A DNA stretch of 27,922 nt from positions 1-27,922 of IMG/VR virus record IMGVR_UViG_3300048882_000040. One strand, given 5' to 3'. The notes below the pieces were generated by a model. That model was not told the origin of the DNA and searched no databases. It saw only the letters and a program-made list of their open reading frames with translations. The position numbers were made by a program, and so were the translations under genes. The stretch comes from a virus (taxonomy: Duplodnaviria; Caudoviricetes). Positions 7,057 through 15,327 of the stretch are shown here, piece by piece; within the stretch, counting starts at the first letter, position 1; each line of letters begins with the position of its first letter.

Positions 7057-7601
7057 AAAGTACGTTACAAGGAATTTTATTAGCAGGTATTTTAGGGTTA
7101 CTACTATTGGGGAATAGTAAGTACATATATGCACTCGATGACTTTGACTTAATGAAGTATGGGCCTGAGGATACTATAGAAGTTGTTAGAACAGACTTCA
7201 TTATTAAATTTGTATTGTACAAGTTTCCACAAAGATTAAATGAAGCATACGAAAGTGCTAATGGAGAAGCATTACCAGAAGGGGGGAGTGTAAGAGGCTT
7301 CGCAGTAGTTAAACCTGATGAAGATATTTGTTTTGTACATATCATTATACCAAAAATTTGGGATGATAGAGAATCATTAACTATTATAGGTCACGAAATA
7401 ATGCACTGTGCATTGGCAGACCATAAGCCCATTATTATTAATGATATTGCTGAAACTGAAATTGAAATTGAAATTGAAACTGAAATTGAAACTGAAACTG
7501 AAGTCTTGGGCGACATAGAGGATTTGTATGCTCAAGATCGTATACTAGAACTAGAATGGTTAAAAGAAGATTATGAGAAAATGGGAATTAAAATATATTA
7601 A
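7053..7601 (+). CDS. Exported HExxH zinc-metallopeptidase-like protein
   Basis: Start moved to ATG 7053 (GAGG SD, ATGA coupling); signal/TM N-terminus; IIGHEIMHCALADH. Confidence 0.6.
   Translation: MKSTLQGILLAGILGLLLLGNSKYIYALDDFDLMKYGPEDTIEVVRTDFIIKFVLYKFPQRLNEAYESANGEALPEGGSVRGFAVVKPDEDICFVHIIIPKIWDDRESLTIIGHEIMHCALADHKPIIINDIAETEIEIEIETEIETETEVLGDIEDLYAQDRILELEWLKEDYEKMGIKIY
7452..7499 (+). repeat. Eight tandem GAAAYT hexamers encoding (E-T/I)8
   Basis: gaaact gaaatt gaaatt gaaatt gaaact gaaatt gaaact gaaact. Confidence 0.9.
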
Positions 7602-7604
7602 GAG

Positions 7605-7634
7605 TTTAGGGAAACCTAAAAGTCCGAGATGACT
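7605..7634 (+). promoter_or_regulatory. Twin hairpins in the leader of the 73-aa gene
   Basis: TTTAGG-GAAA-CCTAAA (GNRA loop) directly followed by AGTC-CGAGAT-GACT. Confidence 0.4.
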
Positions 7635-7672
7635 AAAAAATATATTACAACAACAACAAAGGAAAAATATAT

Positions 7673-7894
7673 ATGTTAAAAAATATTGTAGGCTGGATCA
7701 AGTCTGGAACAGAAGCTGGTGTAGCATTAATCGCTTTAGGAATTGTGTTACAAGTGATATTTGGTGGGCAGGTGCCATTTATCGGAAGCGATATCGTAGG
7801 CACGATTACAGGTATTATTACAGGCTTAGGTAACGCAGGCTTAGTAGGCTTAGCCTCTTTAGCAGTAATTTATCACATTTTCACGAAAAAGTAA
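7673..7894 (+). CDS. 73-aa Gly-rich hydrophobic membrane protein
   Basis: AAAGGA SD; 2-3 hydrophobic/amphipathic helices, KK C-terminus; followed by a terminator. Confidence 0.85.
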   Translation: MLKNIVGWIKSGTEAGVALIALGIVLQVIFGGQVPFIGSDIVGTITGIITGLGNAGLVGLASLAVIYHIFTKK

Positions 7895-7910
7895 GATAAT
7901 ATAACCCTTA

Positions 7911-7938
7911 AAAACCTCACTTAATTGTGGGGTTTTTT
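7911..7938 (+). terminator. Rho-independent terminator
   Basis: AAAACCTCAC-TTAATT-GTGGGGTTTT then further T residues. Confidence 0.8.
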
Positions 7939-7960
7939 ATGGGTAATCGAAAAATAATGC

Positions 7961-7989
7961 TTGACAAAATGGTATAATCTTGGTATAAT
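7961..7989 (+). promoter_or_regulatory. Sigma70-type early promoter
   Basis: TTGACA-17 nt-TATAAT. Confidence 0.9.
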
Positions 7990-8024
7990 ATATCGTATTG
8001 AATAAAAATTTGGAGGAAAAACTG

Positions 8025-8303
8025 ATGACTTGGTACTTGTGGTATCTAGTTTTCGCTATCTCAGGTGGAGTAATGTCTCATAGAGTGTTATATGCCCCAG
8101 CGACAAGGTTAGCGTTAGAACTAAATCCCTCTTGTATATGTTTGACGAGTCCCATTCTAACACAAGCTATATGGGTGATACTATCAGCGATAGTAGCCCC
8201 CTTACTAATAATACCTATACTAATACCAAATAAGCAAGAAATATTTATCATTACCCTAGCAAAAGTATTTGCTAGTAAAAACGGAGAAGACGAAAATGAG
8301 TGA
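8025..8303 (+). CDS. Hypothetical membrane protein
   Basis: GGAGG SD, ATG 8025; two hydrophobic segments. Confidence 0.7.
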   Translation: MTWYLWYLVFAISGGVMSHRVLYAPATRLALELNPSCICLTSPILTQAIWVILSAIVAPLLIIPILIPNKQEIFIITLAKVFASKNGEDENE

Positions 8304-8517
8304 GAAGGAATCAACAATTACTATTGAGGATAAAGAATATAAGTTTGACGACTTAACTGAGCAACAGCAAAGTTTAGTCTCAATCTATAGAACATGGTCT
8401 AAAGAACTAAATGGCCTAAGATTAGACGTAGCTAAAACAGAGTCGGCTTTACGCGACTTAACTAGAGAAATTACTTCTTCTTTTAAAGAAGAAGAAGAAG
8501 AAGAAGTAGAAGACTAA
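8296..8517 (+). CDS. Small acidic coiled-coil protein (DUF6447-like)
   Basis: GGAG SD, ATG 8296; TITIEDKEYKFDDLTEQQ then coiled coil. Confidence 0.6.
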   Translation: MSEKESTITIEDKEYKFDDLTEQQQSLVSIYRTWSKELNGLRLDVAKTESALRDLTREITSSFKEEEEEEVED

Positions 8518-8519
8518 TC

Positions 8520-8702
8520 TTGAATAAAGAAGGCTTAATCCATTCTATCTTATTGTTACACAACTTAAGAGAGGATTTAAAACCCAGTCTTGTTAAGACA
8601 CCTATAAAAGTATTACAGGCCCTGTATGACAAGGGGTTTGAAAATGCTAAGGAGCATAACAATATTAGGGCGCGACTGTCGAAGTATGAAGCAGTAGATT
8701 AA
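8520..8702 (+). CDS. Hypothetical protein
   Basis: 60-aa ORF (TTG start) filling the space before a terminator. Confidence 0.55.
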   Translation: MNKEGLIHSILLLHNLREDLKPSLVKTPIKVLQALYDKGFENAKEHNNIRARLSKYEAVD

Positions 8703-8725
8703 GTATTCTTTAGGTTTAGCGAATC

Positions 8726-8747
8726 GGAGGCTGCGGCCTCCTTTTTT
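8726..8747 (+). terminator. Rho-independent terminator
   Basis: GGAGGC-TGCG-GCCTCC-TTTTTT. Confidence 0.9.
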
Positions 8748-8785
8748 GTCTCTGAAGTATTTAGGTATTTAAGCTAAAATATTTC

Positions 8786-8814
8786 TTGACAAAATGGTTA
8801 AATCTTGGTATAAT
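8786..8814 (+). promoter_or_regulatory. Sigma70-type early promoter
   Basis: TTGACA-17 nt-TATAAT. Confidence 0.9.
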
Positions 8815-8870
8815 ATGTTTGTGAAATTGAGAAATCACAGAAAAATTTTAATTTAACATAAGGAAAAAAT

Positions 8871-9233
8871 ATGGCTTGGACAGATGAAGCAAAAGCAGAA
8901 GTAATCGCAGAATATCAGGATAGAGAACCTACTCCTGAAAATAGTATGGATATCGTTAAGGAATTAGCTGAGGAAACTGGGCAAACTCCAAACGGTGTAC
9001 GTATGATTCTTTCGAAAGCAGGTGTATATGTAAAGAAAGCTCCAGCAGCTAAAGCAGGAAGCGAAGGTGGTGATAAGCCTAAGCGTGTAAGCAAAGCAGA
9101 GCAAATTGATAAGTTAAATGGTGCCTTAACTGACGCTGGTGTAGAAATTGATACTGATATTATCGAGAAACTTACTGGTAAAGCAGCACTATACTTCTTT
9201 GAAGTAGTAGATAAACTTAATAAGGAAGACTAA
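8871..9233 (+). CDS. D3: T5 D3-like DNA-binding protein
   Basis: NGVRMILSKAGVYVKK and IIEKLTGKAA resemble T5 D3; position in module. Confidence 0.8.
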   Translation: MAWTDEAKAEVIAEYQDREPTPENSMDIVKELAEETGQTPNGVRMILSKAGVYVKKAPAAKAGSEGGDKPKRVSKAEQIDKLNGALTDAGVEIDTDIIEKLTGKAALYFFEVVDKLNKED

Positions 9234-9877
9234 TGGCTACGCGTGGGGTTAAGGTAAAAGCAGGAGAGGACTTATCAGACAGCAGTGTCAAGAGAGTAAT
9301 CGAATTCTTAGAGGCAGAAAAACCCATAACTAAAAAGGAAGCGTGCAAAATGCTTAACATTAGTTATAATACTACTCGTCTTAACAACATTATAGAAGGC
9401 TACAAGGATAGAGTCGCAATGACTAAACGCCTTAAAGCCAAAAAACGAGGAACACCCGTTGCCCCACTAGAGTTAGAAGGTATTATCCTTGACTATTTAA
9501 AAGGCACATCAATAGTAGATTTGGCAAAACGTAATTATCGTTCTACCTTATTTATTAAAGGTATTATCGAAAAGTATAATGTCCCACCACGAGCTAAGGC
9601 CTCGAGTTACTTTAGACCTGAAATGCTTCCAGAAGAAGTATTAAAGGAAGACTACGAACCCGGAGAGATGTGCTGGTCGTCAAGGTACAATACTTTAGCT
9701 TCCATTGATAAAGAAGTACAATACAATAAGGAACATGGTAAAGTATACCGTATTTGGACGTATGGCAAAAACTCTCAGTATGCGTGTCAACCTTGGTACG
9801 AGTTAGGTAGTCTAACTCACTTGGAAGATGAGGGAATAAACGTAAGACAGGCCGCTAGTCAAATGGACTATGAGTGA
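9233..9877 (+). CDS. D2: T5 D2-like protein
   Basis: TKKEACKML, KKRGT, RNYRS and YELGSLTHLE resemble T5 D2. Confidence 0.8.
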   Translation: MATRGVKVKAGEDLSDSSVKRVIEFLEAEKPITKKEACKMLNISYNTTRLNNIIEGYKDRVAMTKRLKAKKRGTPVAPLELEGIILDYLKGTSIVDLAKRNYRSTLFIKGIIEKYNVPPRAKASSYFRPEMLPEEVLKEDYEPGEMCWSSRYNTLASIDKEVQYNKEHGKVYRIWTYGKNSQYACQPWYELGSLTHLEDEGINVRQAASQMDYE

Positions 9878-10184
9878 ATTATACAACAGAGTAATCTATG
9901 AAAATGAAGTTAAAGGAGAGCAATATAGGCTAACCGTCTCTGAGTTCAGAGAACAGATGTACTTACATATACGAAAGTACTATCTTAGTTTCGATGAAGG
10001 GTATTTACCCACTAAAGAGGGAGCTTGTATACCAATGACTATAGGGTCAGTGGCAGAACTATTTGACGCATTAGTAGATTTATTATCAGAAACAGAAGTA
10101 AAGTTTAGTTTCGCTAAGGAACTAAGAAAAGAATTGGAGGAAATTGTAAATGACGGACATCTCGACAAAGTTGAGAGAGGCTAG
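9870..10184 (+). CDS. PC4/p15-like ssDNA-binding protein
   Basis: LTVSEFREQMYLHIRKYY...PTKEG PC4-fold pattern; T5-like position before the ligase. Confidence 0.8.
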   Translation: MSELYNRVIYENEVKGEQYRLTVSEFREQMYLHIRKYYLSFDEGYLPTKEGACIPMTIGSVAELFDALVDLLSETEVKFSFAKELRKELEEIVNDGHLDKVERG

Positions 10185-11091
10185 TAAAGCCTACTACGAC
10201 GGAAAACCCACAATGTCAGACGAAGACTTTGACCTTTTGGCCGAAGCTCATAAGTTTGAAGAACTGGGCGCTCCTGTTAGTGATCGCGTTAAGCACACAT
10301 ACCGAATGTTCTCCCTACAAAAGTATTATAAGGGTGAAGGTAAAAATCCTTTAGAGGGCTACAGTAATAATATTATTGAAACTCCTAAGTTGGATGGAGC
10401 CGCTATCTCAATCTTCTATAGTGAAGGTAAAGTTAAACAAGTTTTAACAAGAGGTGATGGCTTTGAAGGATTAGATATAACGAATAAGTTTATATTTAAC
10501 CAACCTATACCTTATATGATTAATAATATGGGAGAGTTCCAAATTACTGGAGAGATTGTAGCCCCAAAAGAGATACCCAATGCTAGAAATTACGCAGCAG
10601 GTGCATTAAATCTAAAAGATACTCAAGAGTTTCTTAGTAGAGATTTAACTTTTATTGCCTATAATGTTCAACCCAGTATGAGCGATTCTTTCTCTCAAGA
10701 TATGTATCTATTAGAGTGCTTAGGTTTTAATGTAGTTACTAAACAAGACTGGAAAGAGTTTCCTACCGATGGTAGGGTATTCCGAGTGGATAACTATGAG
10801 GACTTTAAGAACTACGGAGAAACTTCTAAACATCCTAAAGGTGCCTATGCTTTCAAAGAGCGTAGTGCAGGAGTTCCAACAACGTTACTTGATGTAGTTT
10901 GGCAAACAGGAAAGTCGGGTAAAGTTACTCCGGTAGCTATTTTAGACCAAATAGAAATTGATGGGGCTAAGATAACCCAGGCGACTTTGAATAACATTAA
11001 GTACATAGAGGACTTAGGGTTAGAGATAGGTTGTACCGTTACAGTAGAAAGAGCTGGGGGTATCATACCTCGAGTCATAAAAAGAATTTAA
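10150..11091 (+). CDS. ligA: NAD-dependent DNA ligase subunit A (adenylation and OB domains)
   Basis: YYDGKPTMSDEDFD, KLDG, TRGDG, GEIV, RNYAAG, TDGRVF, WQTGKSGKVTPVA, ATLNN, RAGGIIP. Confidence 0.95.
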   Translation: MTDISTKLREASKAYYDGKPTMSDEDFDLLAEAHKFEELGAPVSDRVKHTYRMFSLQKYYKGEGKNPLEGYSNNIIETPKLDGAAISIFYSEGKVKQVLTRGDGFEGLDITNKFIFNQPIPYMINNMGEFQITGEIVAPKEIPNARNYAAGALNLKDTQEFLSRDLTFIAYNVQPSMSDSFSQDMYLLECLGFNVVTKQDWKEFPTDGRVFRVDNYEDFKNYGETSKHPKGAYAFKERSAGVPTTLLDVVWQTGKSGKVTPVAILDQIEIDGAKITQATLNNIKYIEDLGLEIGCTVTVERAGGIIPRVIKRI

Positions 11092-11115
11092 TTATAACCT
11101 CAGGTAAAATAGTTC

Positions 11116-11144
11116 TTGACAAAATGGTCAAACTTAAGTATAAT
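11116..11144 (+). promoter_or_regulatory. Sigma70-type early promoter between the ligase halves
   Basis: TTGACA-17 nt-TATAAT. Confidence 0.9.
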
Positions 11145-11157
11145 ATACATATATAGA

Positions 11158-11925
11158 ATGAAAAAACAAATTTATAAAATAATAACTCAACCAACTAACT
11201 GCCCAGCGTGCAACGCTGACTTAGTTAAAGTTAAAGACCAATTATTTTGTAGAAATGAAAGTTGTGAGGCACAGTCATCTAAGAAGTTAGAACACTATGC
11301 GAAAGTTTTAAAGATTAAGGGTCTAGGCCCGAAAAGTATTGAAAAACTTGGTATCGCAACTATATCAGACCTATACGATTTAACAGAAAGCACTTTAGTA
11401 GATGTCCTTGGGAAAAACGGAGTAAAGATTTACTCCAACATCCAAGTCAGCAAGACTGCAGACCTAGCATCATTGCTACACGCTTTCTCTATAAATTTAG
11501 TAGGGTCAACAGCAGGTAAGAAATTATCTGTAGTTATATCCCACATTGAACAATTCGATGAGGAGAAAGGCAAGCAAGCAGGCTTAGGACAAAAGACTAT
11601 TAAGTCTATCTTAGACTGGATTGCTAAAGAGTATTTCGGCAAAGGCATAAACAAACTGCCTTTGAGTTTTAAATCTTCTGAACAAGAAAGTAGCCCAGTA
11701 GAAAGTAATGGGCTTAAGGTTTGCATAACAGGTAAGCTGGTTGACTTTAAGAACAGGACAGAAGCGGGCGAATATCTCAAGTCTAAAGGTTATATTATCG
11801 TATCGGGCGTAAGCAAGAATACAGATATACTAATAGATGAAGAGGGTAGACAATCAAGTAAACGAACAAAAGCCGAAAGTCTAAATATAGACATTACAAC
11901 AATTAAACAACTTATAGGAGATTAA
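11158..11925 (+). CDS. ligB: NAD-dependent DNA ligase subunit B (Zn finger, HhH, BRCT)
   Basis: CPAC...FCRNESC, IKGLGPKSI, BRCT VCITGKL...GVSKNTD; the ORF-track TTG start is the -35 box, so ATG 11158 is used. Confidence 0.9.
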   Translation: MKKQIYKIITQPTNCPACNADLVKVKDQLFCRNESCEAQSSKKLEHYAKVLKIKGLGPKSIEKLGIATISDLYDLTESTLVDVLGKNGVKIYSNIQVSKTADLASLLHAFSINLVGSTAGKKLSVVISHIEQFDEEKGKQAGLGQKTIKSILDWIAKEYFGKGINKLPLSFKSSEQESSPVESNGLKVCITGKLVDFKNRTEAGEYLKSKGYIIVSGVSKNTDILIDEEGRQSSKRTKAESLNIDITTIKQLIGD

Positions 11926-11928
11926 AGA

Positions 11929-12672
11929 ATGGCAAATTCTATCCCAAAGTGGACAGACGAACGTACTGACACACTAACAAAACTGGTAGGCGACAAGTTA
12001 CCAGTAACACAAGCTACAGTAATTAGTACTGCGGTAACATTAGAGACTACTCCACGTAGTATTTCTTCTAAGTTACGCAAGATGGGTTACGAAGTAGAAT
12101 TAGCTGCTAAAGCTAACACACGCGCATATACTGAAGCTCAGGAATCTGAGTTAGCAGAGTTTGTTAATGACAATTCTGGTCGTTATACTTACGGCGAAAT
12201 CGCTGCGATGGTATTTGAGGGTGAGTTTAGCCCTAAGTCAATTCAAGGCAAGTTATTGTCTATGGAATTAACTGAAGCAGTTAAACCAACAGTACGTGAA
12301 GCTGCTGCACGTACTTACTCAGACAGCGAAGAAGCTACTGTATTAGAAATGATCGGTAATGGTGACTTCGTTGAGGATATTGCTGATGCTTTAGGTAAAA
12401 GCATTAACTCTATCCGTGGAAAGGCTCTTAGTCTTTCTAGAACTCACGGCGTTTCTATGCCTAAGCAGCGTGAGTCACACGCTAAAGTGAAGACCGACGC
12501 TTTAGAAGCTCTTGGCAGTGTTTCTGACATGTCTGTTGAAGATATCGCTGATGCGATTGGCAAAACAGTACGTGGCGTTAAAACAATGTTGACACACCGC
12601 GGTATTTCTTGCTCTAACTATGATGGTGCTAAGAAATCTGCTGCTGCTGCCGCTAAGCGCGCTACTGCATAA
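11929..12672 (+). CDS. D5: T5 D5-like DNA-binding transcription regulator
   Basis: Repeated HTH-like units (RSISSKLRKMG, KSIQGKLLS, NSIRGKALS, RGVKTMLTHRG); position after ligB. Confidence 0.85.
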   Translation: MANSIPKWTDERTDTLTKLVGDKLPVTQATVISTAVTLETTPRSISSKLRKMGYEVELAAKANTRAYTEAQESELAEFVNDNSGRYTYGEIAAMVFEGEFSPKSIQGKLLSMELTEAVKPTVREAAARTYSDSEEATVLEMIGNGDFVEDIADALGKSINSIRGKALSLSRTHGVSMPKQRESHAKVKTDALEALGSVSDMSVEDIADAIGKTVRGVKTMLTHRGISCSNYDGAKKSAAAAAKRATA

Positions 12673-12698
12673 GTAGTCCCCGCTTACTCAACAGCTTT

Positions 12699-12730
12699 AA
12701 GGGATAGGTAGCAATACCCATCCCTTTTTT
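12699..12730 (+). terminator. Rho-independent terminator
   Basis: GGGATAGGTA-GCAA-TACCCATCCC-TTTTTT (one mismatch). Confidence 0.85.
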
Positions 12731-12747
12731 ATTCTTTGGAGAAACGT

Positions 12748-13047
12748 ATGAAAATAACAGTAGAATATGAGGACATGGACAGCTTAGTCCCAGAGGAAGT
12801 GGTAAGTACTAATCTTAACTACTTCGGACCGGGCACTACTGTAAAGGTAGCTCCCACATATGATACTGCTAACGCGTATATCTATTTTGGCATACAGGGG
12901 TTAATAACCCAAGAGCAAATAGAGTTATACCACGACGCAGGAGCTATGTATAAGACTAAGCTGGCGGTTCTCAGAGACGAAATCTTAGAAAAACTAGAGA
13001 TTGAATTAAACCGAGTTATTATTGATAATGAAGCTAAACTAGGATAG
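12748..13047 (+). CDS. Hypothetical protein
   Basis: GGAG SD, ATG 12748; no motif recognised. Confidence 0.7.
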   Translation: MKITVEYEDMDSLVPEEVVSTNLNYFGPGTTVKVAPTYDTANAYIYFGIQGLITQEQIELYHDAGAMYKTKLAVLRDEILEKLEIELNRVIIDNEAKLG

Positions 13048-13051
13048 TAAT

Positions 13052-14422
13052 ATGGCGGATATAGGAAGTATCGTCCTGCATAAGCTCCTAGAAGAAAGGA
13101 GTCTTGATGGTTGGACACGATTAAAATCAGCATTTTTCGGGTCTTCTCACACATCTATTTATAGTGCTATTAATAAGCACTATTTAAAACACCAAGAAAT
13201 TCCTAGTTTTGAGGATTTATTAATACTAACTAGGGATGGACCTCTTAAACGAGGCCTAAAGGCATTAGAAGAGTTAGAAACTCCTGAGGTAGACTTAGAC
13301 CTTGCTATTGAAGCATTGATTAATGAGTTCTCACAAAATGAAGCCTTGCTACAGATTGATAAATTTGTAGATAGAGTTACAATGATGGATACTGATGAAG
13401 TAAAAGATGAGATTGCTCACATACTTATGTATCTTGATGAAAAGACTCACACAAGTGAAAAGATTGCCACTATGGCAGACATGAACTTATTTAATATTGA
13501 GGAGTCCGAGCAATTATTCCCTATGGGACTTAATAATAAGTACGACTCAGCTTTAGGTGGCTGTGCTCCTCAAGAATTAGTATTACTTGGAGGTTACCGA
13601 GGTTCAGGTAAATCCGTAGTAAGTACAAACCTTATGGTTAATCAGTATCTAATGGGCAATTCAAGTGTCTACTTTAGTATTGAAATGAGAGCGCAAGAAG
13701 TATTCTCTAGAACTATGAGTATACTTGCTGATGTGAACAATACAAACTTAATGAGAGGTCAAAGTTCAGAAAGAGATATGATGAACCTAGCTCATCACCG
13801 AGCAGAAATGTTTGTAGACTCTCAAGACGTATTAAAAGATTACTTAGTACATAAGGACTTCGATAAGTTTGAGAGGAAGTTAAACCACGAAAAGTTACTA
13901 AAGCCAGACAATCAAATGGTTATCATTGATGACCAGAGATTGACTGTACCTAATATTGATTTACATTTACAGAACTTCAAAGCACAGTTTGGCGATAAGC
14001 TAAAACTAGTAGTTGTAGACTATGTAAACCAGATTGTTGCAGAGGATATGTATAATTGGCAAACACAACTTACGCTAAGTAAAGAGTTAAAGAACTTAGC
14101 GAGAAAACATAATGTATGTATAGTTGCCCCTTACCAAATCGATGCAACTGGTGAAGCAAGATACTCTAAAGGTATATTGGACGCGGCTGATAGAGCTTTC
14201 ATTCTTAAACCTCAAGAACATGAAACAGGTATCTTTAGTTTCGAAACCACAAAAATGAGAAATGGAACCCCAATGAACTTCTCTAGTACGATTAGTTGGC
14301 AATCATTGAAGATTTCTCCAGTAGATGTACCTTTTACTGATAAAGAAGGGGGTACAACTACTAAAAGAAAAGCCCCTAAAGCTAAACAATTAAACAAAAT
14401 GTCAGACGACCTATCTTATTAA
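13052..14422 (+). CDS. D6: DnaB-like replicative helicase (T5 D6-like)
   Basis: Walker A GYRGSGKS, FSIEM, VVVDYVN, KMRN; upstream of primase. Confidence 0.9.
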   Translation: MADIGSIVLHKLLEERSLDGWTRLKSAFFGSSHTSIYSAINKHYLKHQEIPSFEDLLILTRDGPLKRGLKALEELETPEVDLDLAIEALINEFSQNEALLQIDKFVDRVTMMDTDEVKDEIAHILMYLDEKTHTSEKIATMADMNLFNIEESEQLFPMGLNNKYDSALGGCAPQELVLLGGYRGSGKSVVSTNLMVNQYLMGNSSVYFSIEMRAQEVFSRTMSILADVNNTNLMRGQSSERDMMNLAHHRAEMFVDSQDVLKDYLVHKDFDKFERKLNHEKLLKPDNQMVIIDDQRLTVPNIDLHLQNFKAQFGDKLKLVVVDYVNQIVAEDMYNWQTQLTLSKELKNLARKHNVCIVAPYQIDATGEARYSKGILDAADRAFILKPQEHETGIFSFETTKMRNGTPMNFSSTISWQSLKISPVDVPFTDKEGGTTTKRKAPKAKQLNKMSDDLSY

Positions 14423-14425
14423 ATT

Positions 14426-15268
14426 ATGAACGCAGAAGAAGTATTAAGTGAAAGAAGTGTACAATTCTCTAGTCAGGGAGGAGACCTTGTAGTAAAGTGT
14501 CTAAACCCTGAGCATGAGGATGGAACACCTTCCATGCGTATCGATAAGATTACAGGTGCTTTTCACTGTTTTAGTTGTGGGTTTAAGGGTTCTATCTTTA
14601 AACACTTTGGGTTAGTTAATGACCTAAAAGATGTTAGAATACAGAATATAAAAAAGAAAATCTCTAAGTTACTAGCTGCAGACATTTCGATGCCAATAGG
14701 CTCAGTACCTTTTACAGAATCTTTTAGAGATATATCTGTAGAAACATTAAACCGTTTTGAAGCCTTTACACATAAAGACTTCGAACACCGGATAGTATTT
14801 CCTATCCGAGATATCTTAGGTGAGATAATCATATTCATAGGTAGACACATGCACAGCAATGTTAACCCTAAGTATATGCTAACTCCACCTAAAGTATCGC
14901 CTCCTTTATTCCCAAGTAAGCCAAAAATGTTACAAGGGTCGATAATTTTGGTTGAGGGTATATTTGATATGCTCAATCTACAGGATAAAGGACTTTCCAA
15001 CGCAGTGTGTGCCTTTGGTACTCAAACACTACTAAAAAGCTGGGAAGAAAAACTAGACCCTTTCAAATTATTAGGTCTAAATAAAGTATATATTTTATTT
15101 GACGGAGATGCCGCAGGGCAAGTAGCAGCTAAGAAGCTGGAAAAAGAAATAAATAAAGAATATTTAACAGAAATAATAAACCTACCCAATGGGGTAGACC
15201 CAGGCGATCTATCTGAAGAGGATGTTTTAGCCTTGAAAGAGTTGGTGTACGATAAAAATAATTCTTGA
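14426..15268 (+). CDS. DNA primase
   Basis: CLNPEH...CFSC zinc finger; TOPRIM LVEGIFD, FDGDAAG, DPGD. Confidence 0.92.
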   Translation: MNAEEVLSERSVQFSSQGGDLVVKCLNPEHEDGTPSMRIDKITGAFHCFSCGFKGSIFKHFGLVNDLKDVRIQNIKKKISKLLAADISMPIGSVPFTESFRDISVETLNRFEAFTHKDFEHRIVFPIRDILGEIIIFIGRHMHSNVNPKYMLTPPKVSPPLFPSKPKMLQGSIILVEGIFDMLNLQDKGLSNAVCAFGTQTLLKSWEEKLDPFKLLGLNKVYILFDGDAAGQVAAKKLEKEINKEYLTEIINLPNGVDPGDLSEEDVLALKELVYDKNNS

Positions 15269-15293
15269 CAAAAACTTAAAATTTCTGTATAAT
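15265..15293 (+). promoter_or_regulatory. Sigma70-type early promoter for the polymerase
   Basis: TTGACA-17 nt-TATAAT. Confidence 0.9.
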
Positions 15294-15327
15294 ATACATT
15301 ATAAAATCAAAAAAAGGAAAATAAAAA

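Noticed and set aside
8488-8513. GAA trinucleotide run (also near 4783-4816)
   Set aside because: Simply encodes poly-Glu tracts
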